Counted from the first letter of the stretch, positions 18,094 through 28,912 are shown. The stretch: 64,000 bases of DNA from Patescibacteria group bacterium (GCA_042570545.1 JBHPGJ010000006.1:1327-65326), one strand, 5' to 3'. Made by a program: numbers and translations. The notes: generated from the letters alone by a model not told the origin.

Positions 18094-18800
18094 TAGATAA
18101 CTATATTGAAGCTCTGTAGGATACCCAAGACGCCGTGGATAGTACCAAAAATGATAGTCAGCCAGGCAATTTCTTTGTGCGGATAGGTCCAGGTAAAGAA
18201 GCCTTTCTCATCAAGCTTGTCCGGACCGGGGACGCTGCCCTTCCAGGGCAAATGCCTAGTCCGCCAGGGCATGCCCATACAGGTTGCAAAGTTTAGAACA
18301 AAGAAAATGGCTAAGATATATCCCGTCCAAGCGGTTAAGGTTTTACTCAGAATAATGATCGGCCGCCAACTGGTTTTTGCACTGGTTGTAGTAGTGGCTG
18401 TAGTATTTGTGTTATCTGTAGAAGTGCCATCGGTCTCACTACCGGCAATCACTCCAACAACTGGAAAACCAGCAAACTCACCCGTGCCATGCGGTGCGCC
18501 CTCTAAAGCATTTGAAAGATCGGTACCAGAATCATGACCAAAATGTTCGCCCTCTTCAAACAGTCGGCTAGTGGTTACATCATAAACTAGACCCTCGTAG
18601 ATATAATAAGCCGGGGCACCATCTTTACCGTCAAAAGCTTTTATTTCCTCTTCGGTAAATACACGGCTAGCCCGTGGATCATCAGCTGTAGTTTCGCCCT
18701 CTTCGGCTGATACGGGAATAAACAATCTGGCTAGAAATAATAACCCTACAAAAACTGCGGCAAAGAAAATCTTAGGCCGATCTTTGTCAGTTATTCTCAT
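18093..18800 (-). CDS. exported cytochrome b5-like heme/steroid-binding domain protein with C-terminal membrane segments
   Basis: 235 aa; signal peptide (..IPVSA/EEG); FTEEEIKAFDGKDGAPAYYIYEGLVYDVTTSRLFEEGEHFGH resembles cyt-b5-like domain core; Thr-rich linker; 3-4 C-terminal TMs. Confidence 0.45.
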   Translation of the reverse strand: MRITDKDRPKIFFAAVFVGLLFLARLFIPVSAEEGETTADDPRASRVFTEEEIKAFDGKDGAPAYYIYEGLVYDVTTSRLFEEGEHFGHDSGTDLSNALEGAPHGTGEFAGFPVVGVIAGSETDGTSTDNTNTTATTTTSAKTSWRPIIILSKTLTAWTGYILAIFFVLNFATCMGMPWRTRHLPWKGSVPGPDKLDEKGFFTWTYPHKEIAWLTIIFGTIHGVLGILQSFNIVI

Positions 18801-18802
18801 AT

Positions 18803-19642
18803 TTATTCGCTAGCCTCTTCGGCTGCTCGGTTACCGACGGGAAATTGATAGATTACTGTTTCGTCACTGGGTAGGCCCAGAGCTGAGCTTACACCGGCCT
18901 CGGGAAAGCCACCCATTACTACTCCGCCTAAACCAAGAGCTTCAGTCTGTAAATATAGATTCTGACCAATATGACCGGCTTCTTCTAATACTGGGGTTTG
19001 CGGATCATCTGGTGAGTCAACAGCCATTTTGTCATAAATACCGGCTAAGACAATTACAGCTGGAGCAGTTTTTGCTTTATCTTCCTGAAACTGCACTTCA
19101 CGGAATTGAGTAACGGCCGTTTCGTCTAGCAGCATTCCCAATTTATGTCCCTGGGGAATATAATGATATACACCATCACTTAACCCTTCGACATTCTCCA
19201 CCACTAAATAAACATTAAATGGATAAACGGCATGAGACGACGGCGCTGTCCGTCCGCCGAACTCTTCATTGGTAATACCTTGAGCTGACCAGAGCAATTG
19301 CGATACATTGGCCAGGGTCAACGGAGTTTCGGCATAGGTACGCCGGCTGCGGCGATTCTGTAAGGTGGTTTCTAAGGCTACGGTGCCAATAGTGTCGGGT
19401 GCCGGTAGGGTGATCTCCGAGTTGTAGGTTTTGGGTATCTCGGTATATTCTACAGCCACATTCGCATTGGTTGTATTGGTAGTTGCCGTATTGGCCGTGG
19501 TTGTAGTTGTGTTAGTGTTGGTTTCTTCCTTATCGTAGGTAAATAAATATAGTGCGCCTACGCCTATAAGCACAATAACAACGACGATTAAAACAATCAC
19601 CGCTGATGATTGGCCACGGTTATTTAAAAAGGGATTAATCAT
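18803..19642 (-). CDS. nitroreductase-family (FMN) protein with N-terminal membrane anchor and Thr/Asn-rich linker
   Basis: 279 aa; TM VIVLIVVVIVLIGVGALYLF; RRSRRTY motif and overall nitroreductase/SagB-like pattern. Confidence 0.6.
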   Translation of the reverse strand: MINPFLNNRGQSSAVIVLIVVVIVLIGVGALYLFTYDKEETNTNTTTTTANTATTNTTNANVAVEYTEIPKTYNSEITLPAPDTIGTVALETTLQNRRSRRTYAETPLTLANVSQLLWSAQGITNEEFGGRTAPSSHAVYPFNVYLVVENVEGLSDGVYHYIPQGHKLGMLLDETAVTQFREVQFQEDKAKTAPAVIVLAGIYDKMAVDSPDDPQTPVLEEAGHIGQNLYLQTEALGLGGVVMGGFPEAGVSSALGLPSDETVIYQFPVGNRAAEEASE

Positions 19643-19698
19643 TATTTTGATAATTAATAATCTTATCCACTCATTATAGCAAATTATTAGGTTGTCAA

Positions 19699-20703
19699 CT
19701 ACTTCTTTGTGTACAACTTATCGCTAGACTTAATTTGGTGTTTTTTTACTACTTCATCAACTTCGGCAGTACTAATTCCCTGATCCTTAAGCTCGTGCGG
19801 CAAAGTAAAATAGACGTTTTCTTCCGTTACTTTTAGCACTTGCGGTGGTTGTCCGCCATGATCTTGCAGCCATTTAATTACTTCCTGGACAACATCTTCG
19901 GGAGTGGAAGCGCCGCTGGTTATGCCTATGGTATTAATATTTTTAATCCAATCTGTTTGCATGTCTTCAACGCTGGGCACTAGGTAAGATTTAGTTCCGG
20001 TCGCTTCAGCTACTTCACGCAAGCGGTTGGAATTTGAGCTTTGCGGTGATCCTACCACCAGCACTAGTTCAGTTTGCCGAGCCAATTCTTTAACAGCCGC
20101 TTGACGATTGGTGGTAGCATAACAGATATCCTCTTTAACTGGCTCCTTAATGTTGGGAAACTTATTTTTAATAGCTTTGATCACGGCGGCTGTATCATCT
20201 ACGCTCAGGGTGGTCTGCGTCAGATATACTACTTTATTTGGATCTGGCACAGTAAGCGAATCAACCTCTTCGACGGATTCTATTAATTGTGTTACTTCCG
20301 GGGCCTCGCCTATAGTGCCATCCATTTCCACATGACCGCGATGACCAACCAATATTATTGAGTAGCCTTCTTTGGCATAGCGAGCAGCTTCTATGTGAAC
20401 TTTAGTTACTAAGGGACAGGTAGCATCGATCACCCGTAATTTACGAGTGGCGGCCTTATTTCTGATCTCCGGTGATATACCATGAGCGGAAAATATTAAA
20501 ACCGAACCTTCAGGTACATCATTAGGATCTTCAATAAATTTCACCCCCCGTTTTTCAAAACCTTTTACCACATGCTGATTGTGAACTATTTCGTGCTTTA
20601 CATAAATCGGTGCGCCTACAGATCGCAGCATTATTTCTACCACATCAATTGCCCGGTCTACGCCGGCACAAAATCCACGAGGTTGTGCTAAAATCAGCTT
20701 CAT
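19699..20703 (-). CDS. ispH: 4-hydroxy-3-methylbut-2-enyl diphosphate reductase IspH
   Basis: 334 aa; N-term LAQPRGFCAGVDRAI, conserved Cys/His pattern of LytB. Confidence 0.9.
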   Translation of the reverse strand: MKLILAQPRGFCAGVDRAIDVVEIMLRSVGAPIYVKHEIVHNQHVVKGFEKRGVKFIEDPNDVPEGSVLIFSAHGISPEIRNKAATRKLRVIDATCPLVTKVHIEAARYAKEGYSIILVGHRGHVEMDGTIGEAPEVTQLIESVEEVDSLTVPDPNKVVYLTQTTLSVDDTAAVIKAIKNKFPNIKEPVKEDICYATTNRQAAVKELARQTELVLVVGSPQSSNSNRLREVAEATGTKSYLVPSVEDMQTDWIKNINTIGITSGASTPEDVVQEVIKWLQDHGGQPPQVLKVTEENVYFTLPHELKDQGISTAEVDEVVKKHQIKSSDKLYTKK

Positions 20704-20742
20704 CGTTTGCTCATACTAACAAAGCTAAGGGAAAATGCAATA

Positions 20743-21555
20743 TTACGGGGTCGCTATATCTCGTCGATTATACCACCAGGCTCCGGCAATTCCGAAGATA
20801 ATTATAACCGCCAGGAAAACCACAATTGATTCAATGGAAATGGTGGCGTCTCGTACGGCAGCATTAAAGTCATAATAATAGAAGAAAGAAAAATACTTCA
20901 AAACATCCAGGTGCTCCTGCAGAACAGCTACCAGGTGCAGCACATACATGCCAATAATAATTCCGCCCATGGTCATACTGGCTTTGCCCTTTTCCGAAAA
21001 GAGTGCCGAGAAAAACATGGCCATACTCAAGACCGCCAACCCAAACATCATCCCCAATATAAATATAGTGAGAAAGGGCATGAAAGTTGTTTCAACGCCA
21101 TGCAAATTTGACAATGGCATTGCCATAAAAACCGAGAATATTCCAAATACCACCAACGAGAATACACCAGCCAAGTATCTTGCCAAATATATCTTAAATC
21201 GTGACAGCGGTCGTGATAGCAGTATTTCTACCGTCCCCTGCTCGATCTGTCCCGCCAAACCCGAGCCGGCCAGTCCGATCATCATAAAGACCATCATTAT
21301 CGGCCAGATGAGACTAAAGTGTTCGACCGAAATAAAGGATTCGACCGAGCTGAAGATATTTGCGGATTCATCAATACCAAAAGCTTCTAAAAATCCTTGC
21401 GGATAGGATTCTAATAATTTATTAAAATCTTCAGCCTGTCCAGCAAAGCTTGGGAACATAGCGATGTACATCCACAGTAATAATATCCCCGACACTGAAA
21501 ATATAATAAGTGAGATTCTGCGGTCTTTTAAAATTCGCCAAAATAATGTCAGCAT
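20743..21555 (-). CDS. ABC-2 type transporter permease
   Basis: 270 aa, 6 TM, adjacent to ABC ATPase, 1-nt gap. Confidence 0.6.
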   Translation of the reverse strand: MLTLFWRILKDRRISLIIFSVSGILLLWMYIAMFPSFAGQAEDFNKLLESYPQGFLEAFGIDESANIFSSVESFISVEHFSLIWPIMMVFMMIGLAGSGLAGQIEQGTVEILLSRPLSRFKIYLARYLAGVFSLVVFGIFSVFMAMPLSNLHGVETTFMPFLTIFILGMMFGLAVLSMAMFFSALFSEKGKASMTMGGIIIGMYVLHLVAVLQEHLDVLKYFSFFYYYDFNAAVRDATISIESIVVFLAVIIIFGIAGAWWYNRRDIATP

Positions 21556-21556
21556 A

Positions 21557-22426
21557 TTATTCGTATGATTCTAAGAATATTTCTTCCAGCGAGGCATGAA
21601 TAATTGAGAGGTCACGCACTTTGTGCTGGGCCAATTTTTCTAATATTGGATTCAAGTCACCGGTCACGTTTAATATCAATCCGCTTGGCATTTCCTCTTT
21701 TATGGTTATACCACCACCAATCAGATCCTCTTTATTAAATTTATCGGTGAATGAAACATTAACGGTAAATATTCTTTTCTCTTTTAGGCTTTGAATGCTC
21801 TCCGTTGCCACCATCTTACCTTCTCTGATAATCCCAACCCTAGTACACACCTTTTCTACTTCAGCAAGATTATGGGACGACATAAAGACGGTTGACCCAC
21901 TTGAACTCATTTCCTTAAGGAGGTCATAGATCTCATGTTGTAATAAAGGATCAAGTGCATTTGTCGGCTCGTCCATAACCATCACTTCTGGTTTGGTCAT
22001 CAGCGCCATTATGATGCCTAGTTTTTGCCGGTTGCCTGATGACAAATGCTTTGCTTTGCGCGTAGTATCAAATTCAAGGCGCTTGACCAATTCATCAGCG
22101 TTGTCATCTTTACCGTTGAGGTGGCGAATGAATTCAATATGGTCGTTGCCGGTCCATTTTCCATAAAGCTTGACTGCTCCTGATAAATAGCCGATTTTCT
22201 TTTTTAGCTTAACCGTATCTCGGTAGCTATCATTATCTAAAATGACAATTTTACCGTCGGTGGGCCTGATAAAATCCATCATGCAGCGGATGGTGGTGGT
22301 TTTGCCGGCACCATTCGGACCCAGGAAGCCAAAAACCTCCCCCTGCTCTACTTCAAAGGAGATGCCGTCAACCGCTTTGATTTTTCCGAAATACTTTTTT
22401 AAACCCTCCACCTTAATTACACTCAT
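21557..22426 (-). CDS. ABC transporter ATP-binding protein
   Basis: Walker A GPNGAGKTT, signature LSSGNRQKLG, Walker B MVMDEPT. Confidence 0.85.
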   Translation of the reverse strand: MSVIKVEGLKKYFGKIKAVDGISFEVEQGEVFGFLGPNGAGKTTTIRCMMDFIRPTDGKIVILDNDSYRDTVKLKKKIGYLSGAVKLYGKWTGNDHIEFIRHLNGKDDNADELVKRLEFDTTRKAKHLSSGNRQKLGIIMALMTKPEVMVMDEPTNALDPLLQHEIYDLLKEMSSSGSTVFMSSHNLAEVEKVCTRVGIIREGKMVATESIQSLKEKRIFTVNVSFTDKFNKEDLIGGGITIKEEMPSGLILNVTGDLNPILEKLAQHKVRDLSIIHASLEEIFLESYE

Positions 22427-22459
22427 GGGCTTATTATAAATCTGTTTTTAGAGTTTGTA

Positions 22460-22490
22460 AACCAAAAAGCGGTGGGTAGTCCACCGCTTT
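22460..22490 (-). terminator. intrinsic terminator after sodA (aaagcggtgg/ccaccgcttt)
   Basis: 10-bp stem followed by U-tract on minus strand. Confidence 0.5.
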
Positions 22491-22494
22491 TATC

Positions 22495-23073
22495 TTATAT
22501 TAGCTTAATTACGTTCCACCAGTTCTCAATATACTCCGGCCGCTTATTTTGATACTTCAGATAATAAGCATGCTCCCAGACATCGAGGGTCAGGATCGGC
22601 TCATGTCCCTGAAGCAAGGGAGAGTCTTGATTGGCAGTGGAGTAAACTTCCAGCTTACCGTTGTGCCTGACCAACCAGGCCCAGCCGCTGCCAAATTGAG
22701 TAGCTGCTGCCTCGTTAAACTTATCTTTAAACTCTTCCACTGATCCAAATTCAGTTTCGATGTCTTTGACCAATTGTACGTCCTTTTCATTTGTTGGATC
22801 CATAATCTGCCAAAACAATGAATGATTGGCATGACCGCCGCCGTGGTTTTGGATAGCTTTTTTGGTTTTTTCATCAACTGACAAGCTGCCTAGTTCCTTC
22901 AACAGTTCCTCAACTGGCTTGGACTGCAATTCCTCGCTTCCTTCAAGCGCGGCATTTAATTTATCGACATAAGCTTGGTGATGTTTACTATGATGGATTT
23001 CCATTGTTTGGGCATCGATGTACGGCTCCAGGGCATCATAGTTATATTTTAGTTCCGGTAATTTGTATGGCAT
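22495..23073 (-). CDS. sodA: Fe/Mn superoxide dismutase
   Basis: 192 aa; [10 protein letters not shown] and DVWEHAYY motifs. Confidence 0.9.
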   Translation of the reverse strand: MPYKLPELKYNYDALEPYIDAQTMEIHHSKHHQAYVDKLNAALEGSEELQSKPVEELLKELGSLSVDEKTKKAIQNHGGGHANHSLFWQIMDPTNEKDVQLVKDIETEFGSVEEFKDKFNEAAATQFGSGWAWLVRHNGKLEVYSTANQDSPLLQGHEPILTLDVWEHAYYLKYQNKRPEYIENWWNVIKLI

Positions 23074-23082
23074 AGTGCCTCC

Positions 23083-23421
23083 TTAATTAGTTATTAACTC
23101 GTTGATTTTAGCGGCCAATATAAAATCATTTTCATGCAGGCCGCCGATGGCATGAGTGTAGTTGGTAATACGGACATATTTGTATTCGTGTAAATCAAGA
23201 TTGGGATGATGCCCTTCGCGTTCAGCTATTGCGCTCACATCATTAATAAACTTTAACGCTTCTTTAAAATTCTTGAAGGTAAAATCACGGGTTATCTTTT
23301 TGCCATCTTCAACAATCTCCCAACCGGGCACTTGGGTTAGATAGTTGGGAACGTCCTCTTGAAGCATAGGCGGGATACCGCCTTCGCAAGGGACACATAC
23401 CTTATTAGTTAGATCCTCCAT
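23083..23421 (-). CDS. pterin-4-alpha-carbinolamine dehydratase-like protein
   Basis: EREGHHPNLDL motif; start moved to MEDLTNK (AAGGAGA RBS upstream) because the longer ORF-track start (23484) overlaps the tRNA. Confidence 0.65.
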   Translation of the reverse strand: MEDLTNKVCVPCEGGIPPMLQEDVPNYLTQVPGWEIVEDGKKITRDFTFKNFKEALKFINDVSAIAEREGHHPNLDLHEYKYVRITNYTHAIGGLHENDFILAAKINELITN

Positions 23422-23454
23422 TGGAATTCTCCTTATTAGCTTTGGTAATCTTCT

Positions 23455-23530
23455 TGGCTCCGCGAGTCGGACTCGAACCGACAACCCACTGGTTAACAGC
23501 CAGTTGCTCTACCAATTGAGCTATCGCGGA
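23455..23530 (-). tRNA. tRNA-Asn (anticodon GTT), second non-identical copy, 76 nt with CCA
   Basis: Manual fold: acceptor TCCGCGA/TCGCGGA, D-arm GCTC-AATTGGTA-GAGC, anticodon stem ACTGG/CCAGT loop CTGTTAA, T-arm GTCGG-TTCGAGT-CCGAC, discriminator G. Confidence 0.85.
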
Positions 23531-23602
23531 GCAAATTAGACTACCTTTGGCTTGTTCTTTTATATAATACAAAAATAAATATTCAATACCAAGCCAACTA
23601 CA

Positions 23603-24841
23603 TTAATAATCCTTAAGTTTTTTCATGCCTTCATTTTGCTCAATTTTTTCCAGGGCCTTGGCTTCTATCTGTCTGATACGCTCACGTGTTACTCCAAATT
23701 CCCTACCAACTTCTTCTAAAGTATGCGATATGCCATCGGTTAAACCAAAGCGCATTTCAAGAATTTTCTGTTCGCGGGGACTTAGTTCACTGATTATTTC
23801 TTTAACATGATTCTTGAGCAATTGCAGGGCCGCCACTCGGTCAGGAGTGATGGTTTTTACATCTTCGATAAAATCTCCCAGGGTCGAATCTTCTTCTTCT
23901 TCACCGACCGATGTTTCCAAAGAGACCGTATCTTGAGAGATACTAATGATATGTCTTATCTTATCTACTTCCTCGCCCATCTCGGCCGCGATTTCTTCAG
24001 GTAACGGCTCGCGGCCTAGGTCTTGTATAAGACGTCTTTCCACCTGCTGAAAGCGATTTATAGTTTCTACCATGTGGACCGGTATTCTTATCGTCCTAGA
24101 TTGATCAGCCAGAGCGCGAGTTATTGCTTGGCGAATCCACCAGGTAGCATAAGTTGAGAATTTATAGCCCTTGCGGTAATCAAACTTTTCAACCGCTCGG
24201 AATAGACCGATGTTGCCTTCTTGTATCAGATCCAGTAACGATAATGATCTTCCGGTAAATTTCTTGGCAATAGATACAACTAAACGCAGGTTAGCTTCAA
24301 CCAGTTTTTTTTGCGCTTCGACATCTCCACGTTCCTTCCTCTTGGCCAACGACACTTCCTCTTCTGACTTCAGTAGGGCTACCTTGCCAATCTCCCGTAG
24401 ATACATCTGTATAGAATCATTTGAAATATCACCCAGATCAAAACGCTTTTCATCCGTCTTGGTCTTTTTCTTTGGTTTGCCTTTTTTATCTAGTTCTTCT
24501 TTTTCCGGTAGGGTTGGCGACAACACACTGCCAGTGGTTTCAACAATATTTACTGCATTGTCTTCAAGCTGGTCCAGCCAGTCCTCAAACTCCAATAAAT
24601 AGTTTTCCAGTTCAGTAAATATAAACAAGGCCTCAGTTTCAGTTACAAAACCTCGTAAACGTCCCTTCTGCAGTAAGGCTTGGGCTTCGGCTTCCGGCCA
24701 AACAGCTTTAGTCGCAGTTTTTTTAATCTTAGCCTTCCTGTCAGCAGATCTTACTACTCGGCGAATTGCCTTCTTGGTCTTGGCAACGGACTTTTTTGCG
24801 GGTTTGGTTGTGGCTTTTTTCGTGGTCTTAGATTTAAGCAT
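23603..24841 (-). CDS. rpoD: RNA polymerase sigma factor RpoD (sigma-70)
   Basis: 412 aa; regions 2-4 motifs ([16 protein letters not shown], helix-turn-helix in region 4.2). Confidence 0.9.
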   Translation of the reverse strand: MLKSKTTKKATTKPAKKSVAKTKKAIRRVVRSADRKAKIKKTATKAVWPEAEAQALLQKGRLRGFVTETEALFIFTELENYLLEFEDWLDQLEDNAVNIVETTGSVLSPTLPEKEELDKKGKPKKKTKTDEKRFDLGDISNDSIQMYLREIGKVALLKSEEEVSLAKRKERGDVEAQKKLVEANLRLVVSIAKKFTGRSLSLLDLIQEGNIGLFRAVEKFDYRKGYKFSTYATWWIRQAITRALADQSRTIRIPVHMVETINRFQQVERRLIQDLGREPLPEEIAAEMGEEVDKIRHIISISQDTVSLETSVGEEEEDSTLGDFIEDVKTITPDRVAALQLLKNHVKEIISELSPREQKILEMRFGLTDGISHTLEEVGREFGVTRERIRQIEAKALEKIEQNEGMKKLKDY

Positions 24842-24900
24842 ACACTAAACTTCTTCACCTTTTGAGTCCATAACATTTTGCTTAAGTATATGGAAGGTGA

Positions 24901-26703
24901 TCAAGATATATTCTTTAATTCTTTTGTGAGTAAATTAAAACGTCCAATTAGCTCTTTTGTCGTATTGTTATCAGCAGAGTCGGCTTGTTCGAGCTTTTTA
25001 ATCTCTGCTGTCACGGCTGCCAACTGACGACGAATAACACTTCCTTTTAAATCTTTTATTAAAATTATTAGTTCTCGCTCGGCTTGATCAAGATCAAATC
25101 CGGCAAACTCTTTACCGCTTAAAAGCCCCATTAAATCCCAAGGAGCCAGCAGTTTTTTGTTATTCTTTTTTAAGTAAGCACTAAAGTCGTCATTGGTAAA
25201 TCGCTGGTTTTCACTATAGTATATTCCTATTTGCTTGTAAAGCGATGTTACTGGGCTGTCCTTTAGGCCCTTTTCATCAACCTGACCAACTGCTTGGGGT
25301 ACTAAATTTGGATAACTGCGTATCAGAGCGATGATTAATTCCAGCATTTTATTTTCCCGATCCGGTTCGGGCTGAGAAGTCTCGGGACTTTTATCGGTCT
25401 GGATTTCAGAGCTATCAGCAGTTTTAATATTAGAAAGTTGTTCACTGATGACTGACTCGTCTACGGATAACATGGCCGCTAACCGCTGCACGTAATGCGT
25501 GCGTTCAACACCGTCAGCCAACTTGGCGATTAAAGGAATTAATTCCTTGGCTGCTGATTTTTTATCTTCAACTTTTGTCAGGTCATGCTCCTTGTCTACC
25601 TTGGCAAAATAATATTCCATAAATGGTTGAGCAGTTTTGACCGCCTGTTGCCAGGCAGCCGGATCTTTATTAATGACTTCGTCCGGATCTTTGCCAAAAG
25701 GCAGTTCGATCATCTTTACTTCAAATGATCTGGCCAGGGCCAGCTCAATACCGCGCCGAGCAGCCACCGCACCGGCCGAGTCTTGATCGAAAGAAAATAA
25801 TAATTTATTCGTATAGCGCTTAAGGGCATCTAGCTGTGACTCGGTTAGGGCCGTACCTGATGACGCAATCACGTTGCCAGTGCCGCCATGATGACATGCC
25901 AATACATCCATATAACCTTCAACAATAATTATGTCTTTTTTATTCCTTATTGGTTGCTTGGCCTGCCAGATTCCATACAATACTCGGCTCTTGTCATAAA
26001 TAATTGTTTGTGGAGAGTTTATATATTTAGCTAATTCTTTCTCACCTTCGGCTTGTTCTAATATCCGTCCGCCAAAACCGAGGACATTGCCGTGAGTATC
26101 ATGGATGGGAAATACAATCCGTCCGCGGAAACGATCATAATATCCAACCCCTCGTTCTTTTTTAATTGTTAGGCCGGCCTGGAATATATCATCTTCAGAA
26201 AAACCTTTTTGCACCAGATACTTATTCAGCGTATCCCAAGCAGTCGAGCTATAGCCAAGCTGAAATTTATCAATCATATCTTCGTCAACTCCCCGTTCTT
26301 TAAAGTACTTCCGGGCCAGCTCAACGTGCGGTGACGACATTAATACTTGATGATAAAAACCAGCGGCTGCTTTGTTGATATCAAACAGCTTGGTCCTCTT
26401 GCTTTGCATTTCTGGATCAACGGCCCGTAATTGGACATTGGCTTTTTTAGCCAGCAAGCGCAGAGTTTCTGGAAAATCAAGGCCTTCCATTTCTTGAACA
26501 AATGAAAACAGGTCGCCACCCTTACCGCAGCCAAAGCAATGGTAAATTTGCTTATCTTTAGACACCATAAAAGACGGGGTCTTCTCATTATGAAACGGAC
26601 AGCGGGCCTTGTGATTAGTACCGGCTGGTGTCAGTTTTATATACTCTCCGATAATATCTGTGATATCCAGCCGTTGTTTGATTTCTTCTACTGGTGTGGG
26701 CAT
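24901..26703 (-). CDS. dnaG: DNA primase DnaG
   Basis: 600 aa; zinc ribbon CPFHNEKTPSF...CFGCG, TOPRIM EGYMDV. Confidence 0.9.
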   Translation of the reverse strand: MPTPVEEIKQRLDITDIIGEYIKLTPAGTNHKARCPFHNEKTPSFMVSKDKQIYHCFGCGKGGDLFSFVQEMEGLDFPETLRLLAKKANVQLRAVDPEMQSKRTKLFDINKAAAGFYHQVLMSSPHVELARKYFKERGVDEDMIDKFQLGYSSTAWDTLNKYLVQKGFSEDDIFQAGLTIKKERGVGYYDRFRGRIVFPIHDTHGNVLGFGGRILEQAEGEKELAKYINSPQTIIYDKSRVLYGIWQAKQPIRNKKDIIIVEGYMDVLACHHGGTGNVIASSGTALTESQLDALKRYTNKLLFSFDQDSAGAVAARRGIELALARSFEVKMIELPFGKDPDEVINKDPAAWQQAVKTAQPFMEYYFAKVDKEHDLTKVEDKKSAAKELIPLIAKLADGVERTHYVQRLAAMLSVDESVISEQLSNIKTADSSEIQTDKSPETSQPEPDRENKMLELIIALIRSYPNLVPQAVGQVDEKGLKDSPVTSLYKQIGIYYSENQRFTNDDFSAYLKKNNKKLLAPWDLMGLLSGKEFAGFDLDQAERELIILIKDLKGSVIRRQLAAVTAEIKKLEQADSADNNTTKELIGRFNLLTKELKNIS

Positions 26704-26706
26704 AGG

Positions 26707-27285
26707 TTAAAAATTCTCAACATAAATTCTCACTTTTGATAATAGTATTGTCAAATACTTTTTACCAGTTTTTGTTTTAAATAGCGGCACTCTTTCTTCA
26801 ACAAAATTTTGGAAAAACTTTCTATAACTCTCATTATCAAAACTTGGTTTGACTTTATCCAGATCAATTTGTCCCAAACTATCAGCTTCAAATACTAGCT
26901 GGGCCTGATCATCAATTATTTCCGTCAAATTATCATGAATACCCACTAAATGAGATATTACCTTTATTTCGGCATTAGTGAAAGAACCCATCTCTTTCAA
27001 TATTTCTTCAGACATTTGAGCACCAATAATCATGTGTCTTTTCTTAACCTCACTAACTTCTTTATAAGAATAGCCTTTGGCCAGCATGCCGGCATAGCCA
27101 ATATCGTGAAGATATATAGCGGGAATCAATATCTTTGGATTACCTGGTTCGGACTTAAGCAGCTCTTTCATATAATATACAGCTGTTAGCAGGTGCGGGT
27201 AATTCCAGCCAGGACGACCTTTCTTAGTGTAGTACAGTGCTTTGGCTTTTAATTTATTTTCGGTGTCCTTATCAAGATTATTCAC
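26707..27285 (-). CDS. HD-domain phosphohydrolase-like protein
   Basis: 192 aa; YLHDIGY HD motif. Confidence 0.55.
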   Translation of the reverse strand: MNNLDKDTENKLKAKALYYTKKGRPGWNYPHLLTAVYYMKELLKSEPGNPKILIPAIYLHDIGYAGMLAKGYSYKEVSEVKKRHMIIGAQMSEEILKEMGSFTNAEIKVISHLVGIHDNLTEIIDDQAQLVFEADSLGQIDLDKVKPSFDNESYRKFFQNFVEERVPLFKTKTGKKYLTILLSKVRIYVENF

Positions 27286-27670
27286 TTTTACTATATTTAA
27301 GAGATATTGAATTAACGCAATGTCTAGTGTTTTTTGGCGTCATGCCTTCACCCATAAAAACATGACCGAGGTGAGCCTGGCAATTATTGCATATTATTTC
27401 TGTTCGTTGACCGTCAGTATCCGTAACTTTTTTAACTGCTCCCTTGATCTCGTCATCAAAGCTGGGCCAGCCGCAATGAGCATCAAACTTATCCTCGGAT
27501 CGAAACAGCGGGGTCTCACATCTTTTGCATATATAAACTCCTTCAGCGAAATGCTTGTCGTATTCTCCGGAAAAAGGCTTCTCTGTACCTTTGTGAACAA
27601 TCACCTCTTCTTCTTCGGGGGTAAGTTTGTTGTGTTTGATCATTTCAACTGATAGGCCCTTCCTAACCAA
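27278..27670 (-). CDS. msrB: peptide-methionine (R)-S-oxide reductase MsrB
   Basis: 130 aa; CxxC zinc pairs and RHCVNSISL catalytic motif. Confidence 0.85.
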   Translation of the reverse strand: MVRKGLSVEMIKHNKLTPEEEEVIVHKGTEKPFSGEYDKHFAEGVYICKRCETPLFRSEDKFDAHCGWPSFDDEIKGAVKKVTDTDGQRTEIICNNCQAHLGHVFMGEGMTPKNTRHCVNSISLKYSKSE

Positions 27671-28053
27671 CCAATTAATTCTTTGTCAATTTCCTTTTTA
27701 TTTATAATATCCAACTCAAAAAGAAAGCGCTTGGCTGACATTGATGAATATTTTTTTATTCTTTTACTGTTTAGTTTTTTATCAAGGGAGAAGTGTAAAC
27801 GAATTTTATCTTTCATGGCATATACTCCAACAAAGGTAGCTGTACGGTCAAAATGGATACAACAGGGAAGCGATCGTACCTTAAACGAGCCAATATTCTT
27901 CGTTATCTTGGACTGTAAATCCTTATAGAGACTTTTTGTTAAATCTCCCTTATTGCTAAAATGCTTTTTTAGAGGATATACAGTACAAGAGTGAACCTGG
28001 TTTTTATTCTTAAACCGTCTTTTACACTTAAGGCATTGCCATTTGGTCATCAC
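27640..28053 (-). CDS. hypothetical basic protein with N-terminal CxxC
   Basis: 137 aa ORF overlapping msrB start by 31 nt. Confidence 0.4.
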   Translation of the reverse strand: MMTKWQCLKCKRRFKNKNQVHSCTVYPLKKHFSNKGDLTKSLYKDLQSKITKNIGSFKVRSLPCCIHFDRTATFVGVYAMKDKIRLHFSLDKKLNSKRIKKYSSMSAKRFLFELDIINKKEIDKELIGWLGRAYQLK

Positions 28054-28237
28054 ATTTTGCTTTAATCTATCTTAAATACCTGGCTAATAATTCTTCACGA
28101 TCAATTACTGCTTTGCCAACCGACATTTTTTCATCAGCAAAGTGCTCTTGCTTTAAGTCATCATCAATTTCTCCCTGAGAAAGTTTTTCCCTATCAGTTC
28201 CATTATGTTTGGATTCTTTTGACACTTAAATTATACT

Positions 28238-28894
28238 TTAAATAGTTATAATTAAATTTATACTTATATCATTTAGTGACTTAACCATCATATCAGCTTT
28301 TGAGTGATCTTGCGGGGGAGAATATGGATTGAAGACAGCAACGCATCTACAGCCGGCTTTTTTAGCGGATACTATTCCGTTTGTTGCATCTTCTAAAACT
28401 AGGCATTCTTCCGGTTTTAATTCCAGTTTTTTAGTCGCCACGATATAGGTTTCCGGATCTGGTTTTCCCTTTTTTACGCTATCTCCAGAAACAATAATAG
28501 TAAAATATTCCCTAATTTTAAATTTATCCAGGACCAAATCAATATATTTACCAGTACCCGAAGATGCTAGTGCTATTTTAAAATTATTATCTTTAAATAA
28601 TTTAAGTGATTCAAGCAAGCCGGGCATACTCTCCAGTTCGTCGGTAACAAGTTTTAAAAAAGCAGTCTCTCTTTTTTTATTAAAGTCATCAATATCAACA
28701 CTTAATTTAAAATATTTTATGATCTTTTTCAGGGCATCAATTACTCTAATACCCATAAAGCTGGAACTTAACTCTTCTGGCAGTTCACTGATGTTATGAT
28801 TAAAATCTTTAAGAACCACATCCCAAGACTTTTGATGCAGGCCCACAGAATTAACCATTAAATCATCTAAATCATAGATTACTGCTCTTATCAT
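28238..28894 (-). CDS. HAD-superfamily hydrolase (beta-phosphoglucomutase-like subfamily)
   Basis: 218 aa; motif I IYDLDDLMV, motif III/IV K...GDS..D. Confidence 0.7.
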   Translation of the reverse strand: MIRAVIYDLDDLMVNSVGLHQKSWDVVLKDFNHNISELPEELSSSFMGIRVIDALKKIIKYFKLSVDIDDFNKKRETAFLKLVTDELESMPGLLESLKLFKDNNFKIALASSGTGKYIDLVLDKFKIREYFTIIVSGDSVKKGKPDPETYIVATKKLELKPEECLVLEDATNGIVSAKKAGCRCVAVFNPYSPPQDHSKADMMVKSLNDISINLIITI

Positions 28895-28912
28895 ATTTTC
28901 TTACGATAGCGG

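Noticed and set aside
28068-28226. 52-codon GTG-initiated acidic ORF on minus strand in the 28054-28237 spacer
   Set aside because: Below the size threshold, no clear RBS or conservation evidence, so not reported as a feature.
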